Virus record (IMG/VR): IMGVR_UViG_3300013094_000033
Coordinates: 1-64,000 of that record
Strand: one strand, 5' to 3'
Source of the DNA: a virus
Length of the DNA stretch: 64,000 nt
In this document: positions 48,554-58,128 of the stretch, piece after piece
How positions within the stretch are numbered: the stretch's first letter is position 1
How the letters are laid out: every line of letters starts with the position of its first letter
The notes under the pieces: model-generated
Databases searched by the model: none
Told to the model about the DNA's origin: nothing
Seen by the model: only the letters and a program-made list of their open reading frames with translations
Program-made: the position numbers and the translations under genes

Positions 48554-51172
48554 TTAGTTAGTTGGGTTCGCTATAGATAAGGCTGTTAAACTTTGGCTAC
48601 TGGTTAATTTTATTCGAACATATATTTCGTTGTTAGTCGAATTAGTTGAACTTGCTGTACCAAATGTACAGGTGTAACTTCCTCCACTCACTAGACTATT
48701 TAATACCGCGGCTCCACCAGTACTGCAACCTGCCGATCCATTGCCGCCGGTACCAGTACCAGGGACGCCAGAGCCGGCATAGGCCTGTGCCATATTAATC
48801 CATCCATGAGTAGGAGATGCTGTTGTATCAATAGTGCTTCCAGGTAGTGCAACCCATAGTCCAGCGATAGTTCCTGTGTAGCTGATATTAAATTTACTTA
48901 CTGCACTCTTAACAAACTTAAATGTAAAATATTGGCTTGTACTACGACCACTTAAATTTGGACCAACAGGCAAAAATCCAGTTGAATAATTTGTCTGATC
49001 GTATTGTATTTTTGCAGCTACATTAGTTGCATCTGTTGTATAAAATGGGCCTGTGGTACTGTTAAATGCGGCTTCACTACCAGTATATGAGGGATTATCT
49101 GCGGCTGTTCCTGCATCAGGATTCACAATACGATACGCAGCACTACCACCAGTATAACTATTTGTTATTGCTGTTTCTTCAATCTGTGTGCTGGTACCAG
49201 TTTTATAAAGTACGTAGGTTGATGGCGCACTAAATGCCCAACTAGTTGAATTGTAACTGTTGTTTACTGTGACGCTTGGTCCAGCAGTACCTAAAGAGTT
49301 ACCAAATCCACTAGTAATGTTAGCGGTTGTTGTAAAAGAAACGACTGCGGTGTTGTTTCTTGTGATTGGAGTTGTTACTCCAGCGGCAGCATAACTGACT
49401 AGCGCAGGAGCTGCAAACGCACCATTGGCTGCACTTGATGAAATTAAATTAGTTGAATTAGGATATGTATCGCCACTGATATTTTGTACATTACCTTTTA
49501 AAGTAAATCCTGCACTGGTAGTAAACATAGGAATAGTACTTGAATACTGTACTACGTTACTGCTTAACACCATGCTTGTGCCCGAGAATGATGGCGCACT
49601 GGGACTAGAACTATCATAGTACCAAGTAGCATCATTTGTTTGATTCCCAGTCGCCGAATCTGAAATATGTACTCTATTCCATCCCGGCGACATACCAGCA
49701 CCTGCTGTGGCATAAGCAGAGAATACTGTCCAAAATCCTGCTGTTACTGTTGATACTACAGAGTGATAATCTTCTACGTTATAAACATACAAGTTACCAT
49801 TTAAGGTATTGCCATTACTACCAGTTAGTGTTACATTACCATTAGGTACACCATTTACATAAGTCGTAATAGTTCCTGTACTACCAGGACCTACATTAGT
49901 GATAGGCGTACCAATTGTGCTAAATGAACTTGCTCTGAGTGTGCTAACTAATGTACCACCGGCTACGCTTAAGTTACCCCATCCCGAGTTATCAGTTTGT
50001 GTAAAGTTACACATTAGCCCACTATTAGTAGTTCCTACAGAAATTGTTGTACTGTTAGGAAAGTTTGGTGGGCTTGGTGGTACTAGCTTACCTAGTACAT
50101 AGTTTAATTCTGCAATTGCATTTGTCACTGTTGTCGATTGTGTGAATGTTACTGCATTACTTATAAAAGCCTGTACTGTGTTGGCTCCAAGAGTAACAGT
50201 ATTTCCATTTATTTCTGAAAATTCAGTATTAATAGTACTAAGGGTACTGAATATATTAGATATAGTAGGATCAGTATTAGATGCTAGATAAGTAGAAACA
50301 TTTGTATTTCCATACAATGCAGATACGCCATTAGCAGACCAATTAAGGCCATTGGTTGTATAGATATTGTTTATGTAGGCATTACCAGCAATGCCAATCC
50401 CGCCAGCAACTTGTAATGCACCACTTGTTGTACTTGTGGATGATGTTGTTTGTGCTAAAATTAAACCAACATTATTTTTAAAACGTCCTTGGTAATTATT
50501 AGTTGTGCTAAAACCGCCGGTAGAAAATACAATGTCACTAGCTGTCCCTGTGCCTATTAATAAGTTACCATTTAACCCCGATGTTCCTTGAACATACAAA
50601 TAACCATCTAATGGGTTATTAAGTTCGTTGCCTACACCACCTACAAAGCCTGAGCTATTAATACCCATGTCAATGTATCCGGCACCAGCAGTACCAGTAT
50701 CGGCTGTGGCTACATAATCAGTTGATGCGGCAGAACCATTGTTGATGTTTTGATGATTAACTTGACCATAACCATTAAAGTTTGTAGAGTTTTGTAATAC
50801 AGTTTGTGGCTGATAAACGTAACCAGAATTAACGCCAGCATATAAGGCACCAAAGCCTGCAGCATTACCAAAGAATCGACCAATATTTCCAGAAATATAA
50901 TTTGTATTTCCGTTTGTGGTTATGTTACCAGTTAAAACTATATTCCCAGCAGAAATATTTCCCAGGAATGACGATGTGTTATATACAATTAATGCACCAG
51001 ATATATTTGCATTACCATTAACATCTAATGTATAGTTAGGTGTAGCAGTACTGATACCAACATATCTATTGTTTACATCAAAGAACGCAAGGTTTCCGTC
51101 AATGGCAAGATCAACACCCTGTCTGTCCAGGTTGCTAAACAGCATTGGTCCTGTAATACGTCCAATTGCCAT
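48554..51172 (-). CDS. Virion structural / fibre protein
   Basis: VGISTATPNYTLDVNG and GYIDMGI modules; S/T/G-rich. Confidence 0.7.
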   Translation of the reverse strand: MAIGRITGPMLFSNLDRQGVDLAIDGNLAFFDVNNRYVGISTATPNYTLDVNGNANISGALIVYNTSSFLGNISAGNIVLTGNITTNGNTNYISGNIGRFFGNAAGFGALYAGVNSGYVYQPQTVLQNSTNFNGYGQVNHQNINNGSAASTDYVATADTGTAGAGYIDMGINSSGFVGGVGNELNNPLDGYLYVQGTSGLNGNLLIGTGTASDIVFSTGGFSTTNNYQGRFKNNVGLILAQTTSSTSTTSGALQVAGGIGIAGNAYINNIYTTNGLNWSANGVSALYGNTNVSTYLASNTDPTISNIFSTLSTINTEFSEINGNTVTLGANTVQAFISNAVTFTQSTTVTNAIAELNYVLGKLVPPSPPNFPNSTTISVGTTNSGLMCNFTQTDNSGWGNLSVAGGTLVSTLRASSFSTIGTPITNVGPGSTGTITTYVNGVPNGNVTLTGSNGNTLNGNLYVYNVEDYHSVVSTVTAGFWTVFSAYATAGAGMSPGWNRVHISDSATGNQTNDATWYYDSSSPSAPSFSGTSMVLSSNVVQYSSTIPMFTTSAGFTLKGNVQNISGDTYPNSTNLISSSAANGAFAAPALVSYAAAGVTTPITRNNTAVVSFTTTANITSGFGNSLGTAGPSVTVNNSYNSTSWAFSAPSTYVLYKTGTSTQIEETAITNSYTGGSAAYRIVNPDAGTAADNPSYTGSEAAFNSTTGPFYTTDATNVAAKIQYDQTNYSTGFLPVGPNLSGRSTSQYFTFKFVKSAVSKFNISYTGTIAGLWVALPGSTIDTTASPTHGWINMAQAYAGSGVPGTGTGGNGSAGCSTGGAAVLNSLVSGGSYTCTFGTASSTNSTNNEIYVRIKLTSSQSLTALSIANPTN

Positions 51173-51181
51173 TTTGTCCCC

Positions 51182-51604
51182 TTATGCTGCGTTGGTGCTG
51201 TTTAAATTATGAATAACAACAATTTGATTTGGGTTCACTCCTGGTGCAGGTGGAGGACTAGTAAAACTAATTCCGTAGCCACTAACTGAATAATTCGTTG
51301 TTGGTTGTTGATATACTCCGCCAATGAATACTGCAACTGCGGTTGGATCAGATTCGCTTTGTGTCATAGTAAATGCTTGTGTTAATCCATCACCAATGAA
51401 TGTATCAACTACTAGCTGAACTGATCCAATTTTTGCAACTTGACTCCATGCATTGTTGTAATAAAATTCTATTTTACTTGTAGCTTGGTTAAATCTAATT
51501 AGACCATTAACTGGTGTGTCACCATATGCACTACTTGGAACCATTGGTAATAATGCCGCTTGTGCCCCATGTGCAAGTTCTGGATTTTTAAGAAATCTTG
51601 CCAT
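51182..51604 (-). CDS. Small structural protein
   Basis: GLIRFN and FIGDGLTQAF...GGVYQQP modules shared with neighbours. Confidence 0.65.
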   Translation of the reverse strand: MARFLKNPELAHGAQAALLPMVPSSAYGDTPVNGLIRFNQATSKIEFYYNNAWSQVAKIGSVQLVVDTFIGDGLTQAFTMTQSESDPTAVAVFIGGVYQQPTTNYSVSGYGISFTSPPPAPGVNPNQIVVIHNLNSTNAA

Positions 51605-51606
51605 TA

Positions 51607-51915
51607 TTAAATTCCAATATAACTTATTGTTGAACTTACACCTGTGCTTGAACTTACGTTTGCATATACCGCATCGCCATTTCCAAGTGCGAATTTTTCT
51701 TGCGTGATTAATGTATTGTATGCGCTAATGCTTATATTTCCGTAAATTAAAGTTAACGAATTAGCACTAAATCCACTAGGTACCATGTATACGTTTGCAT
51801 ATACTGTTCCGTTAGTGTTGTTACAGATATGCATAGTAGATATTACGTTGTTACCAGAACTTGTATATATTGCTGCCGGTGAGCTATTGCTAAGTGATGC
51901 GTTTTGTAATGACAT
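51607..51915 (-). CDS. Small structural protein
   Basis: Beta-rich 102-aa ORF in the late operon; AGGA RBS. Confidence 0.65.
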   Translation of the reverse strand: MSLQNASLSNSSPAAIYTSSGNNVISTMHICNNTNGTVYANVYMVPSGFSANSLTLIYGNISISAYNTLITQEKFALGNGDAVYANVSSSTGVSSTISYIGI

Positions 51916-51926
51916 GTTTGTTCCTA

Positions 51927-52502
51927 TTATCCAAATAAAATACTGTAGGCTACACTACGAGTCTTAGACATTAACTCGGTGTTTGTATATTTTGTGTTTG
52001 TTACATATACTCCAGTTCCGCCAGAATTAACAGTATTAGATAAAAATATCTGTACGTTTGCGGTAGTAGTACTGTCCCATAATGTATGCGAGTGCAAATC
52101 TAAATTACCGCCTAGTCCCGGAGTTAAATCTTGGTTAACATTTCCTAGCAACGAACCCGAACCTGATGTAGTCGCAATGTTTCCGTACCCAATACCGTTT
52201 GTTGTAATTTGCCAATTCTTTACTGTTTCGTTCCAACGTAAAAATACATTGGCTGCTAAACCTCTATCAATTTCTAATCCTGAATATGTAGACGAAACAC
52301 CGTTTCCAGATTCGCCAGCATTTAGATAAAGAAAATTGTCAGATATACTTGTATTTGTTTGAGTAATACTTGTAGAATTACCACCAACTAATAAATTACC
52401 TTGAATAAAGAATGTACCGGTTGTAAAAGTAACATTACCCGACAGATTTGCATCTGAATTAATAACGTGATAATCACCGGAAATTCGCTTAGTAACACTC
52501 AT
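51927..52502 (-). CDS. Structural protein
   Basis: ISDNFLYLN...GLEIDRG...WNE module also seen in the fibre N-termini. Confidence 0.65.
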   Translation of the reverse strand: MSVTKRISGDYHVINSDANLSGNVTFTTGTFFIQGNLLVGGNSTSITQTNTSISDNFLYLNAGESGNGVSSTYSGLEIDRGLAANVFLRWNETVKNWQITTNGIGYGNIATTSGSGSLLGNVNQDLTPGLGGNLDLHSHTLWDSTTTANVQIFLSNTVNSGGTGVYVTNTKYTNTELMSKTRSVAYSILFG

Positions 52503-52536
52503 ATAGATATCCTGTTTATCAAGTATTTAGCAAAAG

Positions 52537-52558
52537 AAAACGGCCCGAAGGCCGTTTT
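52537..52558 (-). terminator. Intrinsic terminator with a C(UUCG)G loop
   Basis: AAAACGGCC-TTCG-GGCCGTTTTCTTTT on the minus strand. Confidence 0.85.
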
Positions 52559-52575
52559 GTTAACGCTTAATTTAA

Positions 52576-53277
52576 TTAAGCACTTTGTACTTGAACAAAT
52601 GTGCTGTCAGGAGTAGCTAAACGATAACGGAATTTGTTATAGTTGTAACTACCATTTGTGTTAGCACTTAGAGTGCCATCACTAGAGTAATCCCATACAA
52701 ATTTGTTTGTAATACGACTTGCGTATGTGCTAGTAGTAATAGAAACACCAGTTTGTCCTAAAACATTACCTGTTGTATTAACTGTAACATTACCAACTGC
52801 ATTAACAGCAGTAACTTGAGCTACTGCGGCTGCGCCAGTAAAGCCAATGATATAGTCTCCAACACGTGGGCTAGCAACAGGACCAGTTACTGTACTACGA
52901 GTATCATATGTTATATATGTAGAAGTAGCGCCACCTGCAATGTTAGCAGAAGCAATGTTAGCGGCTGTTGTATTCAAATTTATAAGAAGGTTCATTTGAC
53001 CAGCGGCTGGATTTGGTGTGTTTGCTAATGTGCAATCACCAACGTTTGCGCTAGCATCTTGAACGCGGAATTTTTTACTGCCTTTTTGTGCAATAATAAA
53101 ACCTTGTGCAGAACTTTGACCGTTAATATGAACTTGACCTTGGATTTGATATCCAGATTGTCCTGTATCACCACCAGTACCACCGTAGTGAGCACCGTCA
53201 ATGATTGTTTGACTTATATACTTGTCAACTACTTGACCAGATACTGAATTTGTTTTTTGTACTTTAAATTTTGCCAT
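52576..53277 (-). CDS. Structural protein, possibly head decoration
   Basis: Own late motif, strong RBS and terminator; FIIAQKGSKKFRV. Confidence 0.55.
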   Translation of the reverse strand: MAKFKVQKTNSVSGQVVDKYISQTIIDGAHYGGTGGDTGQSGYQIQGQVHINGQSSAQGFIIAQKGSKKFRVQDASANVGDCTLANTPNPAAGQMNLLINLNTTAANIASANIAGGATSTYITYDTRSTVTGPVASPRVGDYIIGFTGAAAVAQVTAVNAVGNVTVNTTGNVLGQTGVSITTSTYASRITNKFVWDYSSDGTLSANTNGSYNYNKFRYRLATPDSTFVQVQSA

Positions 53278-53366
53278 TTTATTTTTCCTTTATTGTTAGC
53301 GTTCTAGGCTACCCGAAGTGGTGCTCCGAGAGTTACTCGGCATGAGTGAACAATATATTTATCCAA

Positions 53367-53672
53367 TTAAAGATAAACTGAGTGTGCGTTTGTTGCGGCG
53401 CCAACCACTGTTACAGGATTTGTTTTTACTGTTTTTGGTTTTGGCGCAGTATCCGCTGGCTGTATAGTATCAGCGCCAGGAGTTGCGTTACCTCTTGCTG
53501 ATACCGCAGTGGTTTTGGTAGTTGCGGCTATAGAAGTTTTTACTGCGGCAGTACTGGTTACTGGCGCTGCTACTGGATTAGCAATTTTTGTTTTTACTGC
53601 TGCTGTAGTTGTTACAACTGGATCTGCTGTCTTAGATGCGATGGTTACTTCTGCTGGTTTTTGTACTGACAT
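53367..53672 (-). CDS. Low-complexity Thr/Ala/Lys/Pro-rich protein
   Basis: TAAATA and AAGGA RBS upstream; TAAVKT repeated twice. Confidence 0.6.
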   Translation of the reverse strand: MSVQKPAEVTIASKTADPVVTTTAAVKTKIANPVAAPVTSTAAVKTSIAATTKTTAVSARGNATPGADTIQPADTAPKPKTVKTNPVTVVGAATNAHSVYL

Positions 53673-53712
53673 AATACGTTCCTTAATTTATTAAGTATTT
53701 ATTATGTACTTT

Positions 53713-55023
53713 CTACTTTTTGGTTTGCAAAGCAAAATAGTTATAGTATCTTGGTTTTATCTGTAGTTTTTTAACTAGTGTGTCAACATCCTCATCCCAA
53801 TTTCCAGATTCTCTGATTACTTTGTAATACTCAGGAAATGTTATTTTAAAATCTTCTTGCCGATATTCATCTTTAGCCATAGTCCAAAATTTAAAATCTT
53901 CCCATGCACTGGCATCTGCAGGAGTTTCCATGAATTTTAAAACTCGGTCTAATCTTGGATTATTAAATTTGCTAAATTTTTCAACAACAGCAGATTTAAC
54001 TTGATCAGGTAAATTTTTAATATTATAGTATGAAGGATTTGTTGCTAGATTTAAATGAGGGTCAGTATCAGTTGCTTGTGTTAACCATTCTACTAACTCT
54101 GGCAAATAATATATATTCAAACTAGTAATAGCAATGCTAGGTAGTAAAGAAAAATAATTATTTGTAGATGCAAATTTTTCTCTGAGTACAGTATGAAACC
54201 AATTTATATTTTTTGATACATTACTCCACTTAGCAGGAAATCTAATATATTCAAATTGATCACCTAGCCCGTCAATACTTAAATTTAAATTAAAAGATTT
54301 AAAATGGCTTACAGAATCAACCCAGTCATCATCAGGTAACGTAGTTGTGTTTGTGCTTATATTAAGAAATATTTCTTTACTACGACCAGATTCAGCTAAT
54401 TTTTTTAATAGCTTTGGAGTTTGTGTATCTAGCAACGGTTCGCCACCATAAAATTCAAGTCTTTTTAAATTTCCAGTGAACTCATAAATTTCATCTAGCT
54501 GTTGATCTGTCCATTCATTACGATCTGGACCTCTTGTATAATAGTGTTCGTTAAGCAAATACTTTTCTTTATAATGCTCGCCTTCAATTTTGTATAGCAC
54601 AGAATCTGTACTGTTGCAACTACGGCATCGCAAATTACAAAAGTTGTTAACTTTCATAACTAACTGCATTGGACCATTTTTATAAAATGTTTCTTGTAAT
54701 GCAGTCTCAGGTGTTATATCAGTAAAATGTAGTTTTGTTTCTGTGCCGTCAGGATCTGTTTCGGTATCGTAAATAGACTTTCTTAGACTATATCCGCCAG
54801 CATCTTCTCTACTCCAACATATATTGCACTCAGGCATTTTTTCATTGCTTAGTGTTCTTTTTCGAAAATCTTGTAGTTCAACACTTTGCCATCTATCACG
54901 CATAGGTATATTATTAAAATTCCAAAGGTCACCGCCTAATGTAGGGCACGGTGCCTGATTACCTGATGGATCAATAGTATTAAAAATAAAAGGTGCAAGA
55001 CAAAGATTTTTTGGAAAAGACAT
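53713..55023 (-). CDS. Radical SAM protein
   Basis: CNLRCRSC, YGGEP, N-terminal CLAPF/CP/CNIC; TTGACT-16-TATACT upstream. Confidence 0.9.
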   Translation of the reverse strand: MSFPKNLCLAPFIFNTIDPSGNQAPCPTLGGDLWNFNNIPMRDRWQSVELQDFRKRTLSNEKMPECNICWSREDAGGYSLRKSIYDTETDPDGTETKLHFTDITPETALQETFYKNGPMQLVMKVNNFCNLRCRSCNSTDSVLYKIEGEHYKEKYLLNEHYYTRGPDRNEWTDQQLDEIYEFTGNLKRLEFYGGEPLLDTQTPKLLKKLAESGRSKEIFLNISTNTTTLPDDDWVDSVSHFKSFNLNLSIDGLGDQFEYIRFPAKWSNVSKNINWFHTVLREKFASTNNYFSLLPSIAITSLNIYYLPELVEWLTQATDTDPHLNLATNPSYYNIKNLPDQVKSAVVEKFSKFNNPRLDRVLKFMETPADASAWEDFKFWTMAKDEYRQEDFKITFPEYYKVIRESGNWDEDVDTLVKKLQIKPRYYNYFALQTKK

Positions 55024-55074
55024 AATCAGTTTTATTTATAGTACAGTATAGCACTAAAGAATATATAGTCAACA

Positions 55075-55098
55075 AAAAAGGACCTTGCGGTCCTTTTT
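55075..55098 (-). terminator. Terminator after the major capsid gene
   Basis: AAAAAGGACC-GCAA-GGTCCTTTTTT. Confidence 0.85.
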
Positions 55099-55143
55099 GT
55101 TCCTTCCCGTAAACCCAGCGTACTGGGCTCCCGAACGAGTGGA

Positions 55144-56328
55144 TTATTGGAATGATAGATTTGCTACAGCAATCTCACCAACGTAGTCGCCAGCGTTACC
55201 TAGAGACGATGCTGTGTTTGTTAACTCAACATAGCCGTAACGTGTCATAAACGAAACTACTGGTTCGAATGTGCTTGGATCTAGAACAACACCAGAAGAC
55301 ATCAATGGGATATATGGGCAATAGAACGCAGCTGCATCAGCTTCGCTAGAACCTTTATATCCAACCAATACTGCTTGGCTGTCGTTTGCATAACCGTCAA
55401 CATAAATCTTCATTGCGCCGTTCAATGTACCAACAAACTTAGTGTTTGTAGGTGCTTCGAATGTACCTTCTGTTGTACGAGCAAAAGCTGAAGTAGTTGC
55501 AGATTGCAATACTGTCAATGATGCTGGAGATACAACTGCCCAGTTACCTGCGCCACGACGTGTACGTTGAGCAATCAAGTTAGCTGTACGATTGATCAAT
55601 ACTGCTAAAGCAGCATGCTCATCACCAACGAATGTTGCTGTACCAGAAACTGCTGACTGGTCATATGTGTAGTCAGTAGCAGCTAGTGCACGTAGTGAAC
55701 CAAGAATTTCTTGGTCAATTTCAACTGTAATTTCTTGAGCCAAAGCTGCCATAATTTCTGCTTCAACATCTAGACCATGCATAGATTGTGCATCTTGTGC
55801 GGCCTCAAACGTCCAACGAGCTGACAATTTGCGAGTTTTAGCCTCAACAACTTGTTTCAAGATTTGAACGTTAATTCTGTTACCTGCAGTACCTTCAAGA
55901 GCTGCTGTACTTGATGCTTGACCAGTTGCGTTAGAACCAGAATAAGCAGTAGCAATCTTGAATGGTGATAATGCTTCATCACCAGCTGCAACAGAAGTTG
56001 CGTATGCTGAACCGTCAGCTACAGCGTCAGCATAACGTACACGTAGTGTATGAATCTGAGCAACTGGACCTGTCATTGGTTGTACACCAACGATTTCGTT
56101 AGCAATAACTGTAGGCATAACACGACGGATAACTGGTAGAATAACACGATTAAGTGTTGCTACGTTACCTGCTTGTGTACCACCTGGTGTTGCATTTTCT
56201 GCCAACATTTTACGAGTGTTTTCTAAGATTACGCCCATTGTTGTACGACGTGAACCTTGTAAGCCTTCTAGCAGAGCGTCTTTGGTTTCGCCCCAACGGC
56301 TTTCTAATAATGCTTGTGTCATTTCCAT
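55144..56328 (-). CDS. Major capsid protein (gp23-like)
   Basis: GVQPMTGP, EAKTRKLSARWTFEAAQD, EITVEIDQE, FYCPYIPL, FMTRYG. Confidence 0.97.
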   Translation of the reverse strand: MEMTQALLESRWGETKDALLEGLQGSRRTTMGVILENTRKMLAENATPGGTQAGNVATLNRVILPVIRRVMPTVIANEIVGVQPMTGPVAQIHTLRVRYADAVADGSAYATSVAAGDEALSPFKIATAYSGSNATGQASSTAALEGTAGNRINVQILKQVVEAKTRKLSARWTFEAAQDAQSMHGLDVEAEIMAALAQEITVEIDQEILGSLRALAATDYTYDQSAVSGTATFVGDEHAALAVLINRTANLIAQRTRRGAGNWAVVSPASLTVLQSATTSAFARTTEGTFEAPTNTKFVGTLNGAMKIYVDGYANDSQAVLVGYKGSSEADAAAFYCPYIPLMSSGVVLDPSTFEPVVSFMTRYGYVELTNTASSLGNAGDYVGEIAVANLSFQ

Positions 56329-56349
56329 TTTCTCCTATTTAGGGTTAAG

Positions 56350-57465
56350 TCACTTAAGCCCTGCTAAACGTTTGATTTCAAATACATTGTCTTGCGACTC
56401 TGTTACTTTAGTTTCAACTTGTGTTTTAGCAGATTTATCACCAGTTACTACTTGACGGCTCTCAGTTAATACTGCGGCCTTGGGGGCAGGAGTAGTAACA
56501 GCAGAACTGTTTAGCACAGCTGGTAGATATTTTTCATATGCAGATTGTAACTTATCTGTCTGCACTGATTCAAGTAAGTCACGCATGATTGCAGACTTCT
56601 CTTTGTTTAAAGGTTTCAACATTTCTGCAAGACGTTCCTTGCGTTCTGCTGATTCCTTAATGATACGGATTTCTTTTTCTTTTGATTCAACTAAAGATTT
56701 TTTCGCTTCAATTGCAGAAACTGCTTCTTGCAGTTTAGCAGTTACAGTTTCAACTTGTGATTGTAACTCACGGATTTGCTTGTTCTCATTTAAGTGAGTA
56801 CCTGCAAATTCGCTAGCGAATGCTTCAAATAGACGACGACCAAACATGTTCTCACGAGCAATTTGGATGTCTTCTTTTAGTTGAGTCAATTCTGACTCTA
56901 ACGAACTGGTAATAGCCTCTTGAACGGCTTGAGCAGATTGTTTAACAAACTTGGCTTGTAGTTCAGCTAGTTTAGCTTTACCTTCAGCAACTAAACGAAC
57001 CTTAGTTTCCACTACTGCTTGTTTGTCTGTTTCAAATTCTTTAATTTCTTCTGCAAGTGCGCGGATTGTGAACTTTTCTAGTTTGCTAATAGCAGACTCG
57101 TAAACTTTACGATCGTTGCGTAGTTCGCGGATTTCTTCTGATAATTTGCTTACCATAAAATCGTTAAACTTGCCGGCTGATTCGCTCATGTGCTGTTTAA
57201 ATTTCACACGGTCTTCAGCTAATTTCTTCTTTTCGTCTGCAAACTCATTGAGTTCAGCAGTTAGAGACTCGGTTACCATTTTGTCAAGAGCTTCAACCAT
57301 AACTTGTTTGTCATGTGAATAACGTTGTGCGAATTCTTCACGTAGTTCAGCACGAGCCTGCTCTTTTGCTTCAGTAACTCTGGCTTCCCAGGCTTCAGCA
57401 ATAGCTTGACGTGTGTCTTCGTTAATAATTCCGTTATCCAACAATGGTTTGATAGCATCTAACAT
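56350..57465 (-). CDS. Prohead scaffold protein (gp22-like)
   Basis: Coiled-coil, E/K/A-rich, lies between the protease and capsid genes. Confidence 0.85.
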   Translation of the reverse strand: MLDAIKPLLDNGIINEDTRQAIAEAWEARVTEAKEQARAELREEFAQRYSHDKQVMVEALDKMVTESLTAELNEFADEKKKLAEDRVKFKQHMSESAGKFNDFMVSKLSEEIRELRNDRKVYESAISKLEKFTIRALAEEIKEFETDKQAVVETKVRLVAEGKAKLAELQAKFVKQSAQAVQEAITSSLESELTQLKEDIQIARENMFGRRLFEAFASEFAGTHLNENKQIRELQSQVETVTAKLQEAVSAIEAKKSLVESKEKEIRIIKESAERKERLAEMLKPLNKEKSAIMRDLLESVQTDKLQSAYEKYLPAVLNSSAVTTPAPKAAVLTESRQVVTGDKSAKTQVETKVTESQDNVFEIKRLAGLK

Positions 57466-57477
57466 TGGATATTTCTC

Positions 57478-58116
57478 CTATAGTTTTAGTTCTTTGATAA
57501 AGCCTGTCATGGCTTCTTTCAGGTACTTTTGTACTCGTTGATCTTGATTGGCTTCTTTAGCCATCTCAAATATTTTCGCACCGCCGTTCATGTTCATCAA
57601 ACTTTCATAAATTGCTTTAGGATAAGCGTGAGGAGCACTAGGTTGTGCAACAATGTCCACAGTAATGATTTCAAAATCACTAACATGACCACTGCCTTCG
57701 TTAACATTACCAGATCCACGTGAACTTACACCTAGCTTAACGCCACTTGTAATCATGGATTCAACTAATTGTCCCATTGGTGTTGGTAATATCTTCAATT
57801 TGCCAAATCCACAAGGGCCGTCCATCCACATTTGTTCAATCATGTGGCTAACGCGATCCAAGTTAATTTTCAAATCGTCTGGATGATCTACTTCGCCTAG
57901 GACGGAGTATCCACCTTTAATCTGTTCGTTAATAGTTTCTACAGCCTTTTGTATTTCGTGAACGGGATAAACACGTTGGTTAGCGTTCTTCACGCCTCCC
58001 TCAATGAATATCCCTTTCATATAGAGATTCTTACCCTTCCCGTCAGTCTTTTCTTCAGTGATAACCTGAATACCAGCCCGGTCAAAAGTTAAGTTCTCGC
58101 GTAGGTACAAAGCCAT
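57478..58116 (-). CDS. Prohead protease (gp21-like)
   Basis: NANQRVYP, LGEVDHP, GVSSRGSG, DIVAQPSAPHA. Confidence 0.95.
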   Translation of the reverse strand: MALYLRENLTFDRAGIQVITEEKTDGKGKNLYMKGIFIEGGVKNANQRVYPVHEIQKAVETINEQIKGGYSVLGEVDHPDDLKINLDRVSHMIEQMWMDGPCGFGKLKILPTPMGQLVESMITSGVKLGVSSRGSGNVNEGSGHVSDFEIITVDIVAQPSAPHAYPKAIYESLMNMNGGAKIFEMAKEANQDQRVQKYLKEAMTGFIKELKL

Positions 58117-58128
58117 TTGTAGTTCCTA

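Noticed and set aside
39909-52502. Diversity-generating retroelement acting on the fibre C-termini
   Set aside because: There is no reverse transcriptase in the window, and the shared C-terminal domains differ at all base types rather than only at adenines.
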